A stretch of DNA of 47,178 bases from positions 1 to 47,178 of the forward strand of contig MRSU01007088.1 in the NCBI GenBank assembly GCA_008369845.1, written 5' to 3'. This stretch comes from Trichomonas gallinae (taxonomy: Eukaryota). The position numbers and the translations under genes were made by a program. This document shows positions 1-10,628 of the stretch, in pieces; position 1 is the first letter of the stretch, and each line of letters opens with the position of its first letter. The notes under the pieces were generated by a model, which saw only the letters and a list, made by a program, of their open reading frames with translations, made no database searches and was not told the DNA's origin.

Positions 1-1
1 G

Positions 2-88
2 TCCTGCCACTTTGGGTCCCAAGAAATTGAATACGTATCGAAAAAGCTGTCTGACATCAGAAAAACGGGGGACAGTATATTTCGATAA
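2..88 (+). CDS. Possible 3' end of an upstream CDS (partial)
   Basis: Frame 2 is open from the window edge (SCHFGSQEIEYVSKKLSDIRKTGDSIFR) to TAA at 86-88, and is more GC-rich than the following intergenic DNA. Confidence 0.3.
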   Translation, partial: SCHFGSQEIEYVSKKLSDIRKTGDSIFR

Positions 89-199
89 GCAATCGTATGT
101 TTAATTTCGTATTTTGATATAAGGCAATAAGATATGGTTGTATTATAACTAGTAAGACTTAAAAATCGTTTTTCGAAAATAAAAAATAAATTAGGGTCG

Positions 200-1222
200 A
201 TGAGTGTTATACCCTGCAATAAAAACTTTATGAGTGAGGAAAAAGATTATTATCAGGAGTTTTTTCAGAGCGGCAAAGTCGAAAACAAGAAGCGGCGAGC
301 TCTATGGAAGGAGCTCCTTGATATTCCGACTTCTTTCACTCCAACAATTGCACCTTCATTCGAACATCCTGATTTCGCTCAAGTTGAGAAAGATGTTAAT
401 CGCAGCTTCATACATGTGACTGATGCAAACTTTAAGACTCGTCGGAGACAGCAATTGTTAAATATTACGATGTCTGTACTCGAAAGGCATAAATTATTGC
501 ATTATTATCAAGGATTTCATCACATTGTATCTATTATATTAACATTTGCTCGTGAGCCGCTCGCGATGCTGATATGCGAAAGATTAGCGCTCGGTCCACT
601 TCTTCCTTTTTTCCAAACAGATTTAGCAGGGTTGACATCGATGGTCAATCTGACAATGTCAATAATTAAACTTGCCGATAAAGAACTTTGGAAGCATTTT
701 GATGATAATGAATTTGATTGCTCCTTTTCAGCACCATATATACTATGCTGGTTCACTCAAGAATCCCCATCTCTTGAAACGGCACTGCAATATCTTGATT
801 TTTTTGTTATGTCGAACCCAATAATGCCGGTTTATTTATTAGTTGCTTATATACTTGAAAGGAAATCCGTTTTCCTTACAAAAAACGATTACGATGAACT
901 TTTCATGGCTGCGCGCGATTTAACTAGTGGTATCGATCCATTGAAAAGTTTCGAAGTTGCTATAGAGTTATTCAAGAAGTTTCCACCTGTAGTGTTACTT
1001 AATAGTGATCCAAAGCTCACTATATCTAAGAAAGTTACATTTTTGAATCCTCGAGTTGAATATCCTTTTCCATTCCCGACATTTCCACATGCACAAGTTC
1101 TTCCATTCAGTGTATACGAAAAACACTTATCCGAAGAAAAGACAAACTCGAGATTATTAACAGGTATTCTTTCTGCTTTAGCTATTCTCGGTACTATTGG
1201 ACTGAGGATGCTTGATTTATAA
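200..1222 (+). CDS. TBC-domain Rab GTPase-activating protein, TBC1D20/Gyp8-like (start may be ATG 230)
   Basis: Intact R-finger (QVEKDVNRS) and Q-finger (LHYYQGFHHI), LCWFT and PIMPVYL motifs, and a C-terminal hydrophobic tail anchor (LLTGILSALAILGTIGL) typical of TBC1D20. Confidence 0.88.
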   Translation: MSVIPCNKNFMSEEKDYYQEFFQSGKVENKKRRALWKELLDIPTSFTPTIAPSFEHPDFAQVEKDVNRSFIHVTDANFKTRRRQQLLNITMSVLERHKLLHYYQGFHHIVSIILTFAREPLAMLICERLALGPLLPFFQTDLAGLTSMVNLTMSIIKLADKELWKHFDDNEFDCSFSAPYILCWFTQESPSLETALQYLDFFVMSNPIMPVYLLVAYILERKSVFLTKNDYDELFMAARDLTSGIDPLKSFEVAIELFKKFPPVVLLNSDPKLTISKKVTFLNPRVEYPFPFPTFPHAQVLPFSVYEKHLSEEKTNSRLLTGILSALAILGTIGLRMLDL

Positions 1223-1283
1223 ATTGTTTCTATCCTTTATTGTTTGAAATTTTACTGATTTTTTATTGTTTTTATTTTATGAT

Positions 1284-1320
1284 TTTACATGTCATATTTT
1301 GTCAAAATATGACATGTAAA
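1284..1320. repeat. Perfect inverted repeat, 18-bp arms with a 1-nt centre
   Basis: TTTACATGTCATATTTTG-T-CAAAATATGACATGTAAA. Confidence 0.95.
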
Positions 1321-2221
1321 CACCCATGTGATCAAAATAATAAAACAAAACCTTTACAAGCTTGTATTTATCAACTGTAAGTCAATATAAATGATTTAAG
1401 CTTGGATTGGAACTTGACATCACTGAGATATTTTTACCGGATATCTTTTCTTTTACATGAAGAGAAACGGATCAAATTGTTCGCATATATAAGAGCCAGG
1501 CATGGAGGATATGCTACAATTCATTGTCTAATGCAAAAATTTCAGTTTGAAATTGAGATTATGCCAAATTTTATGCTATAACAGCTGTTAAAAGAATGAT
1601 ATTTAATAACGCATTCGCTTTTTCTGTCGAACTGCAGTGATAATTTCTCATAATTCCAAGTAAAAGTCAGAATGAATAATTTTTTTTTTCGGGAACATAT
1701 TTATCGATGCACTATAGTCTCTTGATGCCAGATAAGTTTTCGTATGCCACTGTTGTGCCTTGATCTACGCAGATTTCACCGTCAAAAAACTGATAAATTA
1801 TATTGTTGATTAAAATATCTTGCTTATTTACCATGGAATGTCCAGCAATAAATTTTTTAAAAAGATTTGGGTTCTATTGAATTTTAAATTTTGAAAGCTT
1901 CCCATTTTGAAAGCAATAACCTATAAAAAAAATCCCATTGCCTGAGATAACAGCGATAAAGATAATAATGTTAATACAGTTTATCTAAAGTTTGTAAACT
2001 CTAAGGAATTATTTTATAATATTCGATCATTTTCATGTATATATAATTAAATTCTTTTGAAATACTCTTCTGAAAATTTAAAATTTAATCGTCGCACGAA
2101 CAATATTGTATAAAATCACCTGGTGAGTCGAAATTAAGCGGTGTTCTGAATGAAGTTTTGTAAAATTCTCAATTAAAAAAACTCGACCAGAGTTGTTCAA
2201 TTTTAGAGTAAATATTATTTA

Positions 2222-2983
2222 ATGAATTTCCCTCAACAGCAATATTATACTTTTTACAATTTCTACCCATATCCTCAACAGATGATGCAGTTCCCGCCAG
2301 CTACATACATGTGGCCAGCGGCTGACAGAGGGAATACTTCATTACGCCATAAATTTACTAAGGCCGAGGACGACCTTCTCAAGCAATTAGTCGCAAAATT
2401 CGGAGAAGCTAACTGGATGGCGGTAGCATCTCATATGAAAACAAGAACGCCACGCCAATGCAGAGAAAGATACAAAAATTATCTCTCGGACAAGATTAAA
2501 AACGGACCTTGGACTCACGAAGAGGAGGTCTTACTTCAAGAAAAAGTCAAGGAACTTGGCCCTAAGTGGGCGAAAATCGCACTATTTTTCGAATCTCGGT
2601 CGGATGTTAACGTGAAAAATCACTGGACGGCGCTCGTAAACAGACAAATTCGCGAAAATCTCTCAATGAAAAACAACGCTGCGCAAAATCAGGCTAAAGC
2701 AGAAGAACAGAAGGAAGAAGAGGTTAATTCCGAGCCAATTTATATAGCTGATGGTATAAACCAAGATGAAGTGCCATCAACAGAAGAGAAGACTTTCACA
2801 GGACAGACACAAGACCAAACCCCACCTTCGGTAGACCCCGAAATATCTGATCCAAAGACAACTTCCTCATCAAATTCTAATACGTCAAGTATATGGGACC
2901 AGCCACTAGTTTTGGATCCGGCTAACGAGTGGGCTGCAGTTACATCTTCATTCAACGGCGAATCCTTATTCGACTTCTTTTAA
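2222..2983 (+). CDS. R2R3 Myb DNA-binding protein
   Basis: KFTKAEDDLLKQLV..ANWMAVA..RTPRQCRERYKNYL..GPWTHEEE..GPKWAKIA..RSDVNVKNHW, followed by an acidic Ser/Thr-rich C-terminus. Confidence 0.95.
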   Translation: MNFPQQQYYTFYNFYPYPQQMMQFPPATYMWPAADRGNTSLRHKFTKAEDDLLKQLVAKFGEANWMAVASHMKTRTPRQCRERYKNYLSDKIKNGPWTHEEEVLLQEKVKELGPKWAKIALFFESRSDVNVKNHWTALVNRQIRENLSMKNNAAQNQAKAEEQKEEEVNSEPIYIADGINQDEVPSTEEKTFTGQTQDQTPPSVDPEISDPKTTSSSNSNTSSIWDQPLVLDPANEWAAVTSSFNGESLFDFF

Positions 2984-3015
2984 ACTGTTTGTATATGTCT
3001 TTTTTTTGCAAATCG

Positions 3016-3206
3016 TCACTTTTATTTTAATGACGTCAGTTTTCGTCATGAAAATTTTCGCATTTTTAAATGATATTCGAGATTCCCCAAACATCTCTGT
3101 GACAATTCGCGAATCAATCAATCACAAAAGTGAATTTTTTAATTTTTGTGGACTCGTCATTAGATGCCTTTTCCGATGTTATTTATGGATTTTAAGTCAA
3201 ACTTGA
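3016..3206 (+). other. Initiator-like TCACTT followed by a short ORF (ATG 3030 to 3206, 58 aa); small gene or 5' end of a decayed gene
   Basis: TCACTTTTATTTTAATG has the same Inr-to-ATG layout as the gene at 43107; no recognisable domain. Confidence 0.3.
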
Positions 3207-4416
3207 ATTTATTTTATTTTCCATTTTTGAATTTGTTTTTGGTTAACTATAAAGCTACTCTCACTTTAAAATCATAAAGCATTTGCTTTATATGTCATTC
3301 CAAGCATAAAATGAACCGAATTCGCGGATAAAATTTGGAAATTTTTGATGATACAGCGTGAATTCTGTTACTGCTACTTCAAATCAATAATTCCTTATGA
3401 TGCAATGCCCAGTTATGTGCAGATTGATCTTTATTAGCGTTTTTCGATAAAATCGCAAGTTCCGATTTATACGAATGACTATTTTCACATTAGCAAACAC
3501 TTTAGTAGGACTTTTTAATCAGGGATTCACGTGGTATATTGAATTTTGTGCTTTTAATATATTCAGTTTAATTATTTCTTGGAATTTAAATCTATTTAGT
3601 ATGTGGAGACAGATTAACTCACCCTTAATAGTGAGGAATTAAATGAGATTATGGAGTTCACACTTGTTATTACTTAGATATTCGAAGATTAGTGTAAATT
3701 AGAAGATAAAGGCAAATATCATTGAACATTGTTGTTAAATCGATTAGTGTAAGTTATTATTAAAGGCTATTTCGATTTTATTCGATTTTGAGAAGCTGAT
3801 TAAATATCGATGGATAAAAACTCGATCGTTTTCTATTAAGTATGTAAAACCTTTGATTACAATGAGATAAATCTACTAGTAATCATAAATTTGTATTATA
3901 CCGATTATTTCAAAATTTCGAATGTGATATTTTCTGATTTCGCAAATAAAGATATGTTCTCTATTTGTAACGCGTGATTCTTAACGATGCGATTAAAAGT
4001 TGCTGCTTGGAAAGTGATAGTAGCGGTATTGTTGTGAAATTATTTTCGAATTTAGTTTTTTTCTGGGGAATCTGACTGTAAGAGGATGATTTTACGCTGT
4101 AGTAGGTCCTATTTATGCAAAGTTCGTATGCGTTCTCTTCGAAATGCATGATAAAATTCTAATCAAATGATATCATTTTGAGTGTTCGCAATAAATGAAG
4201 TGATTCGGTTCAATTTCATATTTTGATGCAGGAAATGGGCCTGTTATGCTCGTTGTCAGCACAATATTCCATGTTGGGTCAGAGCTTCTCGGAAACTGCT
4301 TAAATTCAATCTTTTCTACCAAAAATAGATTTAAATATGTATAAGGATCCCAAATAATCGAAAATCTACAAAATTTGGGAAAAATTTAAAAATCTTTTCA
4401 CGTCACATGTCAGTTA

Positions 4417-5361
4417 ATGCAAAAAATCCAAGAAAAAGATCCTATAGATTATATTATTTTCCAAGAGAACCTATACGAGACTGTTTATTCCGCCCCCAGT
4501 GACCCTAATAACGAAGCAGATCAGAATTTGCTCTTATGCTACAAAGCGTGGGACGAATTTCGATTATCTGCATACGTAAACAAGAAGCCAAACTTCGATA
4601 AATTCACTGTGGCACATATATGCAACCTGATAATACCATTTTACATTGCCAGATGGAATATTATTATTCGTGATGATACACACGCTTATCATTTGAAGCC
4701 GGCACTTGTCTATCTTACGGCATTCATCGACTACATGAAATATTTGAATGTTTATAACTATGATACCGAAAAAATTGTGTTCACTCGTGAAGAAATCGTT
4801 TCACAGTTAAATAATGCGGGCCAAAACATTAAAATTGTGCTTAAAACACTTTTAATAAAGAGTGTACAAGATGCAGAAGACTTAATGAACCAAGTTCACC
4901 GCGAAATCGATGAATGCTTGAAAGATCCTGTTCGCGCATCAAAACTCCAAGATATATCAATTGCAAATGATTCACAGTTGGTATATAAATCATTGGTTAT
5001 ATGTGAAGCCGATCATGATATGGGAGATATGGAAGATCTTTTAAATGATCGCAATAGCAGTGATTTTGATCCAGAACAATTACTTGCCGAGTCCAAAATG
5101 AATGATTTCGATAACGCCCAGGATTTATTTGATCCAGAAGATGATGAACAAATCGAAATTGCAAATCCTTTGACATTCATTCCACAAGTTATTGCAGACT
5201 TCAAAGCACTACAGAGGTCAATTGCAACGCACTACCAAGATTTATCTCCAGACGAAAGAATTTCATTTGCAAAAGCTTTCTTCGAATCTTCGACGACAAA
5301 CCTTCCTAGCTACATGATAAAGAAATTTGCTAAATCCGTCGAATCTATCCATAGATATTAA
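4417..5361 (+). CDS. Hypothetical protein with a divergent TAP42/alpha4 (IGBP1)-like N-terminal domain
   Basis: 314-aa ORF ending in TAAA. FDKFTVAHICNLIIPFYIA..HLKPALVYLTAFIDYMKYLNVY..REEIV..VHREID resembles the TAP42 helical pattern; the family call is inference. Confidence 0.6.
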   Translation: MQKIQEKDPIDYIIFQENLYETVYSAPSDPNNEADQNLLLCYKAWDEFRLSAYVNKKPNFDKFTVAHICNLIIPFYIARWNIIIRDDTHAYHLKPALVYLTAFIDYMKYLNVYNYDTEKIVFTREEIVSQLNNAGQNIKIVLKTLLIKSVQDAEDLMNQVHREIDECLKDPVRASKLQDISIANDSQLVYKSLVICEADHDMGDMEDLLNDRNSSDFDPEQLLAESKMNDFDNAQDLFDPEDDEQIEIANPLTFIPQVIADFKALQRSIATHYQDLSPDERISFAKAFFESSTTNLPSYMIKKFAKSVESIHRY

Positions 5362-5789
5362 ATCATTATAGAGTAAAAATATTAGAGAATTAATTATTTT
5401 CTTTCACATATCATATTAGAGAAAAATTTAACACAAGTATTATTCAAATCTGCAGCCTGAAAGTAAATAAATCGATTTCCTGGAATTTTGAATTTTGACA
5501 TGTAAATTATAAATTTTGACATTTCAACAGCAAAACACCTTTAGTTTATGCTTCATATTATGGAAATAATAAAATTGAAACTTTTTAGAGTTAGCCTTTA
5601 ATGAGATCAACATATTAAATTGATACTGATTCGTTTGAAACATGAACAATTTTCGCAATCCTAGATCCAGTGTCTATATATAACGACTTAGGATTATACT
5701 GTTAATAAAAATATTGAAGATAGAAAAAAATACAAAAAATTAAATAAAAATTCTACGAAATCTATAATACACTCAATCGCATCACATTA

Positions 5790-6120
5790 GAAAACAATTT
5801 TAATGCTATGAATTTTGCTGTGAAAGAGGGATTCTGCAATGTTATGAACGGAATATTTTGTGATACCATTTTTGAGCATTAAATCATGAAATGTGATTTC
5901 CAGCTATCTCAACTCATCATAGAATTTGGTGGAATCAACAAATATATTCATAAAATGCTCAGAGATTTGGATTTTTTCAGATGTATTTTCAAAACCAAAC
6001 ATTCAGTTGGTCATGAAATTTTTTTTTTGAAGCATCAAAATGTAATCATATTGAAGTTGTCAAGCTCCTTCTCACAGTTCCTGGAATTGATGACAACGCA
6101 AAAGACAATAACAATTTCTT
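5790..6120 (+). pseudogene. Decayed ankyrin-repeat gene
   Basis: 6029-6115 reads EASKCNHIEVVKLLLTVPGIDDNAKDNNN, a clear ankyrin repeat. Upstream NAMNFAVKEG is also ankyrin-like. There is an in-frame TAA at 5880-5882 and a frame change at the T10 run 6019-6028. Confidence 0.7.
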
Positions 6121-6298
6121 GAGTTCGATTTATATATATAACTATCTGGGAAGAATTCAACAAATGTGCATGAGATAATTTATGAAAAATAGTTGTTGTA
6201 GATAGAAATAGCAAAAAGAATTCTATTTAGAGAGATATAAATCTAATAAAAATATATAAAAAATAATATCTATCATATCATATATATAAAAAAATAAA

Positions 6299-8107
6299 TT
6301 AGTGATTGCGTGGTCCATCGTAGCCTGGTCTATCGCCTCCAAAACCACCACGGTTACCATAGCCACCACGGTTGTCGCCATAACCACCGCCGTAGCCGCC
6401 TCCATATCCACCTCTGTTGTCTCCATATCCACCACGATTTCCGTAGCCTCTGTCTCCGTATCCACCGCCATATCCACCACGGTTTCCGTATCCTCTATCG
6501 CCGTATCCGCCGCGGTTACCATATCCACCGCGTCCGTAGCCTCCTCTACCCTGGAATCTAGATCCGTATCCTTCCTTCCAGGCTCCCTTAGGTGTAACGT
6601 CTGCGAGGGCCTTGAGCCAGTCTGGGAGTTCCTGTTTAGCCTGTGTCATGATCTTTGCGAGCTTTCTTGACATATTCTTATTTTCATCTGTGAAGAAAGT
6701 AACAGCGAGACCCTCTTTGTTGCCTCTGGCTGTTCTTCCGATTCTGTGTACGTATGTTTCGATGTCGCCTGGGAAGTCGTAGTTGATAACAACATCGATA
6801 TCATTGACATCGAGGCCTCTAGCCGCGACATCTGTAGCTACGAGAATTCCCTTCTTGCATGTCCTGAATTTGCCGAGTACAAAGTCTCTCTGTGTCTGCG
6901 CTTTGTCGCCGTGAAGCGAATACGCGTGGAATCCCTTTGTATTGAGGTTGTCTGCGAGGTCATCTGTTGTACGCTTTGTCTTTGTGAAGATGATGACCTT
7001 ATCTTCTTGGTGTTCGTTTAATACTTCGAGGCACTTTGAAAGCTTCTCGAATTCTTCGCATTTCGTTATGACTTGCTTGATGTTGCTGTTTGTAGTGAGA
7101 TCCTTGCTGCCAATAATCATGTGGACTGGATTTACCAAGAAATCTGAAGCTAATTGCTGGATTTCCTTTGGCCATGTGGCAGAGAACATCATTGTCTGAC
7201 GCTCGCTGCTGATGTGGCCAATAATCTTTCTGATTTGAGGCTCGAAGCCCATATCAAGCATTTGATCAGCTTCATCGAGAACTAGGAAGTTCACACGGTT
7301 CATGGGGCACTGTCCACCCTCGATGAAGTCGATCAAACGGCCTGGAGTGGCAACGACCAAAGATGGGACGTGACGGAGATCATTTGCTTGTGGGCCACGA
7401 CTGGCACCGCCGAAGAGGCATGTCTGGCGAATCATGAGGTTGTCGCAGAATCCCTTAGCTACCTCAGAGATTTGCTGCGCGAGTTCTCTTGTTGGCGACA
7501 AAACCAAAACGATTGGACCGTCGCCGCGGTACATCGGCTCCTGGAGGCCAATGTGAACCATGGCTGGTATGAGGAATGCTGCGGTCTTGCCAGAACCTGT
7601 CTTAGCGATGCCGATGAGGTCATGTCCTTTTAATGCGACTGGAATTGAAACTGATTGAATTGGTGTCGGATTTTCCCACTTGTTGTCAGAAATTGTCTTT
7701 TTGATGTTCTCAGGAAGGTTCAATTCGTCGAATGTTAATGCTGGTGGTGGAACATCAGACGCAAGTAATTTAATATTGTTAGATTTGAGGAATTGGACCT
7801 GTTCTTCTTTCGTTGATGATGGTGTGAAGTCTTGATTGAGTTTTACTGGGACGCATTCGGCAGTGCGCATTGGTGGAGAAGGCGAGCGATCGCGACGACC
7901 ACGTCCTCCACGTCCACGTCCGAATCTTGGACCGTCACGACCGCCAAATCTGTCGTAATCGCGTCCGCCGCGTCTTTCGTATGAAAATGAGCGTGAATGA
8001 CTCATGCCGCGGCCACCATTACCATAACGGCGTTGGCCATCGTCATCCTCACCACCACTGTCGAATTGGTTCTTGTACTCTCCCGATTTGTTCCATGAGT
8101 TGGACAT
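6299..8107 (-). CDS. DBP2: DEAD-box RNA helicase, Dbp2/DDX5/p68 subfamily
   Basis: Q motif (PTPIQ), AKTGSGKT, PTRELA, TPGRLID, DEAD, SAT, ARGLD, HRIGRTAR, and RGG-rich termini. The first true ATG is at 8107 (MSNSWNK); the ORF-track start at 8152 is GTG. Confidence 0.95.
   Translation of the reverse strand: MSNSWNKSGEYKNQFDSGGEDDDGQRRYGNGGRGMSHSRSFSYERRGGRDYDRFGGRDGPRFGRGRGGRGRRDRSPSPPMRTAECVPVKLNQDFTPSSTKEEQVQFLKSNNIKLLASDVPPPALTFDELNLPENIKKTISDNKWENPTPIQSVSIPVALKGHDLIGIAKTGSGKTAAFLIPAMVHIGLQEPMYRGDGPIVLVLSPTRELAQQISEVAKGFCDNLMIRQTCLFGGASRGPQANDLRHVPSLVVATPGRLIDFIEGGQCPMNRVNFLVLDEADQMLDMGFEPQIRKIIGHISSERQTMMFSATWPKEIQQLASDFLVNPVHMIIGSKDLTTNSNIKQVITKCEEFEKLSKCLEVLNEHQEDKVIIFTKTKRTTDDLADNLNTKGFHAYSLHGDKAQTQRDFVLGKFRTCKKGILVATDVAARGLDVNDIDVVINYDFPGDIETYVHRIGRTARGNKEGLAVTFFTDENKNMSRKLAKIMTQAKQELPDWLKALADVTPKGAWKEGYGSRFQGRGGYGRGGYGNRGGYGDRGYGNRGGYGGGYGDRGYGNRGGYGDNRGGYGGGYGGGYGDNRGGYGNRGGFGGDRPGYDGPRNH
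6305..6590 (-). repeat. Coding tandem repeats of the RGG/GGYG(N/D)R tail of Dbp2
   Basis: Repeated GGYGNR/GGYGDR units; CCATATCCACC/CCGTATCC repeats on the + strand. Confidence 0.9.
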
Positions 8108-8132
8108 TGGAAGAAAAAATGCCCTAATTTTC

Positions 8133-8140
8133 GTCACTTT
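8133..8140 (-). promoter_or_regulatory. AAAGTGAC core-promoter motif (trichomonad M2-like) upstream of DBP2
   Basis: Exact AAAGTGAC on the sense strand about 26 nt before the ATG; the same motif lies upstream of the genes at 20537 and 40390. Confidence 0.65.
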
Positions 8141-8913
8141 TTTGGGACACAATTTTTTTTGTAAATTTTCGGCACATTTATATCCACTTTTTAGAAATTG
8201 TTTTTCTTACTTAGATGAGGCACTTTTGAGCTATATTTACTATAGTTATGTCATTAATTTTGTGATAGTTGTGCTATATGTGGCCCTTTTATAAGAAATA
8301 ATAAATTTTCATAACTTGTTTTGAAAATTTATCGTTTATTCCGGATTTTATAGTATTCATACTTCAAACAGTCAATAATATTAATATTTGAATTTATAAA
8401 GCCGATTTTTTATTACAATAAAAATCAGCTGGAAATTTTAAGATCTGACACAATTAAAAAAAATTATATTTATATATAAAAATTGGTTTAACATTACTGT
8501 AATATCGATGACCAATGTTTTCCCAGAAATTGATTTTTTTTTTTCAGTATTTGCTTCAATTTCAAAATTTTCAAAGTTTTCAAAATTCAATGATATATAA
8601 TAATGGTTCCTACATTAAGCTACTTCGATATGTTAAAAGTCTTAGCCAGAAGGCCAAGAGTTGCATCTAGCAGGACTCAAAATAGCGTTTGCCTATTTTT
8701 CACGCGACAATATATATATATACAAAAGTTGATGATGTATGACTAAAAATTAAGTATTACATTGTCCAATATTAACATAAAATCAATGAAATTTGCATTT
8801 GAATGAGAGCAGGAAACCTCTGCAAGGTATTTATAAACATCAATTCAAGTAAACCTAAGTCAGTCGACCTAATTTTTGTTTGAGGGTGAGTATAATGAGA
8901 TGTAACATTAAAA

Positions 8914-10335
8914 TTATGCATCTTTTTCGTTGTAGAATTTATCTAATATAATTAGAAATTTTTGTGCTTCTTTGCTTACTATTTTGTCGTCTGAGTTTAC
9001 AAGTTCTGATAGAGGATCTAGGAATTCCCCGAATATTTCGGCTTCTTCTTCAGTAACTTCAGATAATCTGCTTATTTCTTCAAAAAGTTTCTTTGAAGAT
9101 TTAATTAGCGGAAGAAGGACTGAGTTGTCCATAGCATCCATGTTTTGCTGCGCTATGCTCATACTTCTCACGATTCCCATCCGCCGTAATTCCATTAAAA
9201 CTCCATACGGGCTAACGTCTATCAACATGCACAAAGCTCTTGTCGCGGACTCAAGATCAATGGCTCTCGCAATATCAAGTCTTTCCATGATGCTTTCGAT
9301 GATATTTGTCCCTTCGAATTTCTCCAGTACAGTCTCTGAATACTTAGTAAAACTGATATGCTCTTTGAAGTGCTCAATAATCTCCTTGCACATGTAGATT
9401 GCGCTCGCAGCAACTATGGGCTCTGATTCTGGTGACGCAATTACCTCAGCAATGTGTATTAGGAATTCTTTAAATTCATCTTTTGGGATGCAATCATCAA
9501 GATATGCGCGAAAGGCATAGCAAAGCGTACGATAACATTCGACATTGAAATCAAGGTCATCACCTAAGTGAGAGCAGAATTTAAAGAAGTGAAATCCGAG
9601 AGTCGATATTGCATCAGATCTATTTGAGAAATATAATCTTAAATTCTTGACTATCTCCATTTTTATCTCAATATATGGACTTTCTAATAAAGTTTTCATA
9701 ATTTCTACCATGTTAAAAGATTGAATTTTTTCAAGTTCTTCATTACTACCAAAAAGGTTAAAATTATCACCATAATCATCTTCTACTAAACTTAGAACAT
9801 CAGCATTATAAATTAAACCAAATATTCTTGCAGCAACTAAATTTATATGTGGATCTGGATCAGTAGCGAATAATCCAAGCTTGTGAACAGTGAAATAGTT
9901 TACAAAATGATTCTGAAGAGTTCTAGAATTAGGAAGTGATAATAAATCAGCAATTAATTCGATTGATTCTGGTAAATCATCAACAATTGATTGATTTATG
10001 AACATTGACGATACCAATTTGCTCCTATTATTATCGTTACTATCAATAATAGCTTTAAGTATTTCTACACTATTTGGTCCTTTTTCATCAAAATAATCTT
10101 TAAAAGTCATAATAAAACTAGGACTCAACAGAGGAAAAATGATTGGAAAGTCATGCTGAAGATGTGGAAGAATGTCTTCTTTAGAATACATCATAAGAAT
10201 ATATTTTTGCTCTAATTCTCCATTTAATTCAGGAAGTTTCTGACTATTTTCATATAAAATACCAGGCTCTTGCTGTGGCTTCTCTAAATCTTCAATATTT
10301 TCTTCATTTTCCTGTTTAAACTCAAGATTAATCAT
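8914..10335 (-). CDS. Hypothetical alpha-helical (ARM/HEAT-like) protein
   Basis: 473-aa ORF with amphipathic helical repeats (e.g. LLESPYIEIKMEIVKNL, LVNSDDKIVSKEAQKFL); the fold call is tentative. Confidence 0.75.
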   Translation of the reverse strand: MINLEFKQENEENIEDLEKPQQEPGILYENSQKLPELNGELEQKYILMMYSKEDILPHLQHDFPIIFPLLSPSFIMTFKDYFDEKGPNSVEILKAIIDSNDNNRSKLVSSMFINQSIVDDLPESIELIADLLSLPNSRTLQNHFVNYFTVHKLGLFATDPDPHINLVAARIFGLIYNADVLSLVEDDYGDNFNLFGSNEELEKIQSFNMVEIMKTLLESPYIEIKMEIVKNLRLYFSNRSDAISTLGFHFFKFCSHLGDDLDFNVECYRTLCYAFRAYLDDCIPKDEFKEFLIHIAEVIASPESEPIVAASAIYMCKEIIEHFKEHISFTKYSETVLEKFEGTNIIESIMERLDIARAIDLESATRALCMLIDVSPYGVLMELRRMGIVRSMSIAQQNMDAMDNSVLLPLIKSSKKLFEEISRLSEVTEEEAEIFGEFLDPLSELVNSDDKIVSKEAQKFLIILDKFYNEKDA

Positions 10336-10343
10336 ATATTAAA

Positions 10344-10628
10344 AATATAGGGTCTGATAAATTAAAATAGGGAGTTAATAAATTCAGGGCCTGATAAATT
10401 AATTTAGGGGTGGAAATTTTTCAATTATTTTAGGGTCTAATATAATAAATGAGGGATGAAAAATTATAATTCATTTTAGGGTCTTATAAAATAATTTAGG
10501 GAGTAAAAGTAATTTTTTCATTTATTTTAGGGCCTAATAAAATAATTTAGGGGTGAAATGTTTGAAATTTATTTGGGGTCTAAAATAATAAATGAGGGGG
10601 TGTGAAATTAAAGGGTGTATGAAATTTT
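10344..10628 (+). repeat. Degenerate tandem array, about 6 units of roughly 37-51 bp, each with two G-tracts (TTAGGG-like)
   Basis: Unit consensus approx. TTTAGGG(T/C)CT(A/G)ATAAA(A/T)TAA(T/A)T(T/G)AGGG; 13 G>=3 tracts all on the + strand, six of them exact TTAGGG. Confidence 0.9.

Noticed and set aside
6223..6670. Several overlapping ORFs with repetitive sequences (TTVV, HHG, DMETT)
   Set aside because: Alternative-frame readings of the Dbp2 RGG repeat tail.
8800..8900. Sm-site-like AATTTTTG suggesting an snRNA
   Set aside because: Common in AT-rich DNA, and no U1/U2/U4/U5 signature sequences are nearby.
10344..10628. CRISPR-like repeat-spacer appearance (also 23098-23314)
   Set aside because: Repeats are degenerate, the spacers resemble one another, there are no cas genes, and the context is eukaryotic.
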